DNA from: an uncultured Gemmatimonadaceae bacterium
GTDB lineage: Bacteria > Gemmatimonadota > Gemmatimonadetes > Gemmatimonadales > Gemmatimonadaceae
DNA length: 64,000 bases
Direction: 5' to 3'
Assembly: GCA_966112585.1 (NCBI GenBank)
Contig: CBHWDN010000017.1
Location: 35,135-99,134 of the forward strand
Positions 61,233-64,000 of this stretch are shown here, piece by piece. The first letter of the stretch is position 1. Every line of letters begins with the position of its first letter. Under the pieces are notes generated by a model. The model was not told the origin of the DNA and made no database searches. It worked only from the letters and a program-made list of their open reading frames with translations. A program made the position numbers and the translations under genes.

Positions 61233-63851
61233 TCAGCCGCGCGCGTTGGCGACCAGCCGTGCCAGATCGGGCACGGCAAATGGCTTGGGGAGAAATGGCA
61301 CACCGCGCGAGTCCAATCGCGCGCGCGCGTCGGGGTCGACGACGTAGCCACTGATCGCCGCGACGGGGAGCGCCGCATAGCGCTCCTTCACCGCGTCGAT
61401 CAGGTCGAGCCCGGACATACCGGGCATCGTGAGGTCGGTGATCAGCAACGAGACGTCCGACGCGCGCGCTGACAGGAACTCGAGCGCCTCGTTGCCAGAC
61501 GCGGCGACATACACCACCTCGCCCAGCTTCTCGAGCATGCGTCGGCCGAGATCGCGGAGCATGTGATCGTCGTCGACAAGCAGAATGCCGCCCGTGCGCG
61601 CGTCCGCCGAATCGGTCGCGATCGTCGGTGCGCCGACCGGCGGCGTACCGGCCGCTGGCAGGTAGAGACGAATCGCGGTGCCTTCGCCGGGCGCCGAATC
61701 GCATTCAATGAAACCGCGAATCTGATGCACCATGCCGTGCACCGATGCGAGTCCCATTCCGCGATTGCTGCCAAACGGCTGCGTGGAGAAGAACGGTTCG
61801 AACAATCGTGCCCGAATCTCCTCGCGCATGCCCTCGCCCGTATCGACCATCGAAAGCACGGCGAACGAGCGCGGGCGACGGCCCTCCTTCGCATCGTGCG
61901 GATGCACGACGTTCTCGAGGCGGGTGCTCACGGTGAGCGTGCCGCCGTTCGGCATTGCGGACCGTGCGTTGTCGAGCAACGCGCGCATTGCATCGAGCAG
62001 TCGGGTACGATCGACCGACGCGATGACCGGTGTGGGACTGAGTTCCAGCTTGAGCGCGATCGTGAGTGGCAACTCCTGTCGCATGATCGGCGCCTGCTCG
62101 CGAATCATCGCTCCCAATTCGACGGGCTCGCTTCGGAGCAGTTGCCGGCGACCGACCGCGAGCAATCGACGGGTCAGCTCCTCGGCTCTCGTCGTGGCGC
62201 GCTCGATGGCCGCGACATCTTCCAGCTGCGTCGCGTCGTGGCTCAATCCATCGCGCAGAAACATCGTCGCGCCACGAATGACCGTCAGCAAGTTGTTGAA
62301 GTCGTGCGCAATGCCGCCGGCGAGTTGCGCTACCGCTTCCAGCTTTTGCGCCTGACGCAGCCGATCTTCCGACGCGCGTTCATCGGTGACATCGGTGAAC
62401 ATCGCCACCGATGCGTATGGACGCTTTTCGCCGGGGCGCGTGAGGGGATCAGCCGTGATACTGAGCCAGGCGAATACATCGTCGCCACGGCGCAGACCCA
62501 TGACCTGTCGCGGCTGACTCACGCCAGAGCGCAGCGCGACCATCGCCGGATGATCCTGCGGCGCCCACAGGGTCCCGTCTTCGTGAATCGCCTGCCAATC
62601 GCGATCGATGGGCTTCTGCCCCATCAACTGCGGCGTTGTGAGGCCGAGGATACGTTCGGCACTCGGGTTGGCGACGCGAATCGCACCGGATTCGTCGTGC
62701 AGCACCACGCCTTCGCGCATGCCGGCGATCACGGCGCGGAAGCGCGCTTCCGATTCTCGCAGTTGCCGCTCGGCGAGCATGCGCGCCGAGATGTCGTGAA
62801 TGATGAAGTGCAGCACGCGGCGCTGGCCGACGTACGCCACGTCGATGAACGCTTCAACTTGACGCGTCTCGCCGCTCGCGATGCGGTGTTCGCGCTGTAC
62901 ATGCAGCCCCCTGCCGACGGGGACGCTGGCCGTCAGCGCTTGCCAGTGCTCGATCGCGATGGCTTCGAGATCGGTGACGAACATCGTGGTCAGAATGGCG
63001 CACGGCCACCCATAGAATGATTCGGCGGCAGGGTTCGCGTCGACGATCGCCGCCGTGTCAACATCGGCAACCAGCTGAATCGCGCCATTGTTCTCGAACA
63101 GTTGACGATGACGCGCCTCACTCGCCTCCAGCGCAAGTCGCTCGAGATGGCGCTCGGTGACATCGCGCGAACTGATGGCCACACAGTCGGCATCGAGTGG
63201 TACGATCTGTCGCTGCAGCCAGCGCGGTGGCTCATCAGGAGTGGGCGCGAGCTGCGTGGCCTCGAGTGGCTCGCGGGTGATCACGACGCGGCTACACAGC
63301 TCCCAGAGCCCCCATTCGCGACTGCGCGGGAACGCCTCGAAGAGCGACGCGCCGATCAGCGCATCACGGGAGGTGCTGGCCAACTCCGCGGCGCGGCGAT
63401 TCGCATCGAGGATCCGAAAGTCTTCAATGCGACCATCTTCGGCACGGATGGCTTTGACGATGGCGAAGGCGTCGAAGCCCGACTCCAGCACGCCTCGCAG
63501 TCGTGCATCGGACGTTGCACACGCTTCAGTCGCCTGCTGTTGCGCGCGGCTGGCCCAAACCGTCACATCACTGGCACGCCACAACCACCCACTGCCATCG
63601 GGGGTCCGAAAGAACGCGCCGGCCAAGACACGCGCGTCTGCACCTTCGCCTATTCGCACTTCATCGCTGCTCGCTGACGTCAGGGCACCGTCAAAAGGCG
63701 GGCGCAGGGCATTCGGTAGCGTGGCGATCTCACCAAACAGCGCACGCGCGCTGCGATTGCGTTCGAGCACCGTTCCCGATGCATCGACCACCATGAGCGG
63801 TTCACCGAGCGCATCGTGCGCAGAGAGGAGATCGGCGAGCCGACTATTCAC
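61233..63851 (-). CDS. Multi-PAS hybrid sensor histidine kinase with C-terminal receiver
   Basis: Several PAS/PAC repeats, LAGGIAHDFNNLL, DTGEGM, GMGL; receiver LLVDDD..TD..MP..KP; start approximate. Confidence 0.93.
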   Translation of the reverse strand: MNSRLADLLSAHDALGEPLMVVDASGTVLERNRSARALFGEIATLPNALRPPFDGALTSASSDEVRIGEGADARVLAGAFFRTPDGSGWLWRASDVTVWASRAQQQATEACATSDARLRGVLESGFDAFAIVKAIRAEDGRIEDFRILDANRRAAELASTSRDALIGASLFEAFPRSREWGLWELCSRVVITREPLEATQLAPTPDEPPRWLQRQIVPLDADCVAISSRDVTERHLERLALEASEARHRQLFENNGAIQLVADVDTAAIVDANPAAESFYGWPCAILTTMFVTDLEAIAIEHWQALTASVPVGRGLHVQREHRIASGETRQVEAFIDVAYVGQRRVLHFIIHDISARMLAERQLRESEARFRAVIAGMREGVVLHDESGAIRVANPSAERILGLTTPQLMGQKPIDRDWQAIHEDGTLWAPQDHPAMVALRSGVSQPRQVMGLRRGDDVFAWLSITADPLTRPGEKRPYASVAMFTDVTDERASEDRLRQAQKLEAVAQLAGGIAHDFNNLLTVIRGATMFLRDGLSHDATQLEDVAAIERATTRAEELTRRLLAVGRRQLLRSEPVELGAMIREQAPIMRQELPLTIALKLELSPTPVIASVDRTRLLDAMRALLDNARSAMPNGGTLTVSTRLENVVHPHDAKEGRRPRSFAVLSMVDTGEGMREEIRARLFEPFFSTQPFGSNRGMGLASVHGMVHQIRGFIECDSAPGEGTAIRLYLPAAGTPPVGAPTIATDSADARTGGILLVDDDHMLRDLGRRMLEKLGEVVYVAASGNEALEFLSARASDVSLLITDLTMPGMSGLDLIDAVKERYAALPVAAISGYVVDPDARARLDSRGVPFLPKPFAVPDLARLVANARG

Positions 63852-64000
63852 GGGGATTTGGCGGAACGGGGAAGGTGGGTGGCCGACTCCGAATTGTAAT
63901 GCTGACACGGACTTGCGGCACCGTCGGTGCACCGCGTGGCAAAGCGTTCGGGACCCGGGCTGTGACGCCAGCGCCAGCCACCTCGTCAAGGGTGTGATGT

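Overview
High-GC bacterial chromosome segment. The gene content and style (PEP-CTERM proteins, lipoproteins, recF-DUF721-gyrB) suggest Gemmatimonadota, which is an inference. Bases 1-~5915 look like the end of an integrative element at a tRNA-Thr/Tyr/Gly cluster. It carries a very divergent tyrosine recombinase, a PvuII-like N4-cytosine methyltransferase set divergently from an uncharacterised PD-(D/E)XK-like nuclease, a Rad52/Sak-type annealing protein and small ORFs. The rest is mostly core genome: cysS, pspA, sdaAB/AA, uvrA, glpK, mtnA, recF, gyrB, thymidine phosphorylase, ligA, folE, aspC, tdk and a PAS hybrid kinase. Notable items outside the element: a 6S RNA missing from the ORF track; a PTPS-II/folE/SDR cluster resembling tetrahydrobiopterin synthesis; an archaeal-style nurA-herA-X-sbcD-sbcC operon; several apparent pseudoenzymes (CcmF without its His ligands, DEAD-box helicase and ABC ATPase without Walker motifs, truncated MutY); paired perfect 25-bp palindromes; and sigma54 plus IHF-like sites upstream of surface-protein genes. 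All assignments come from reading motifs by eye; no database searches were run.
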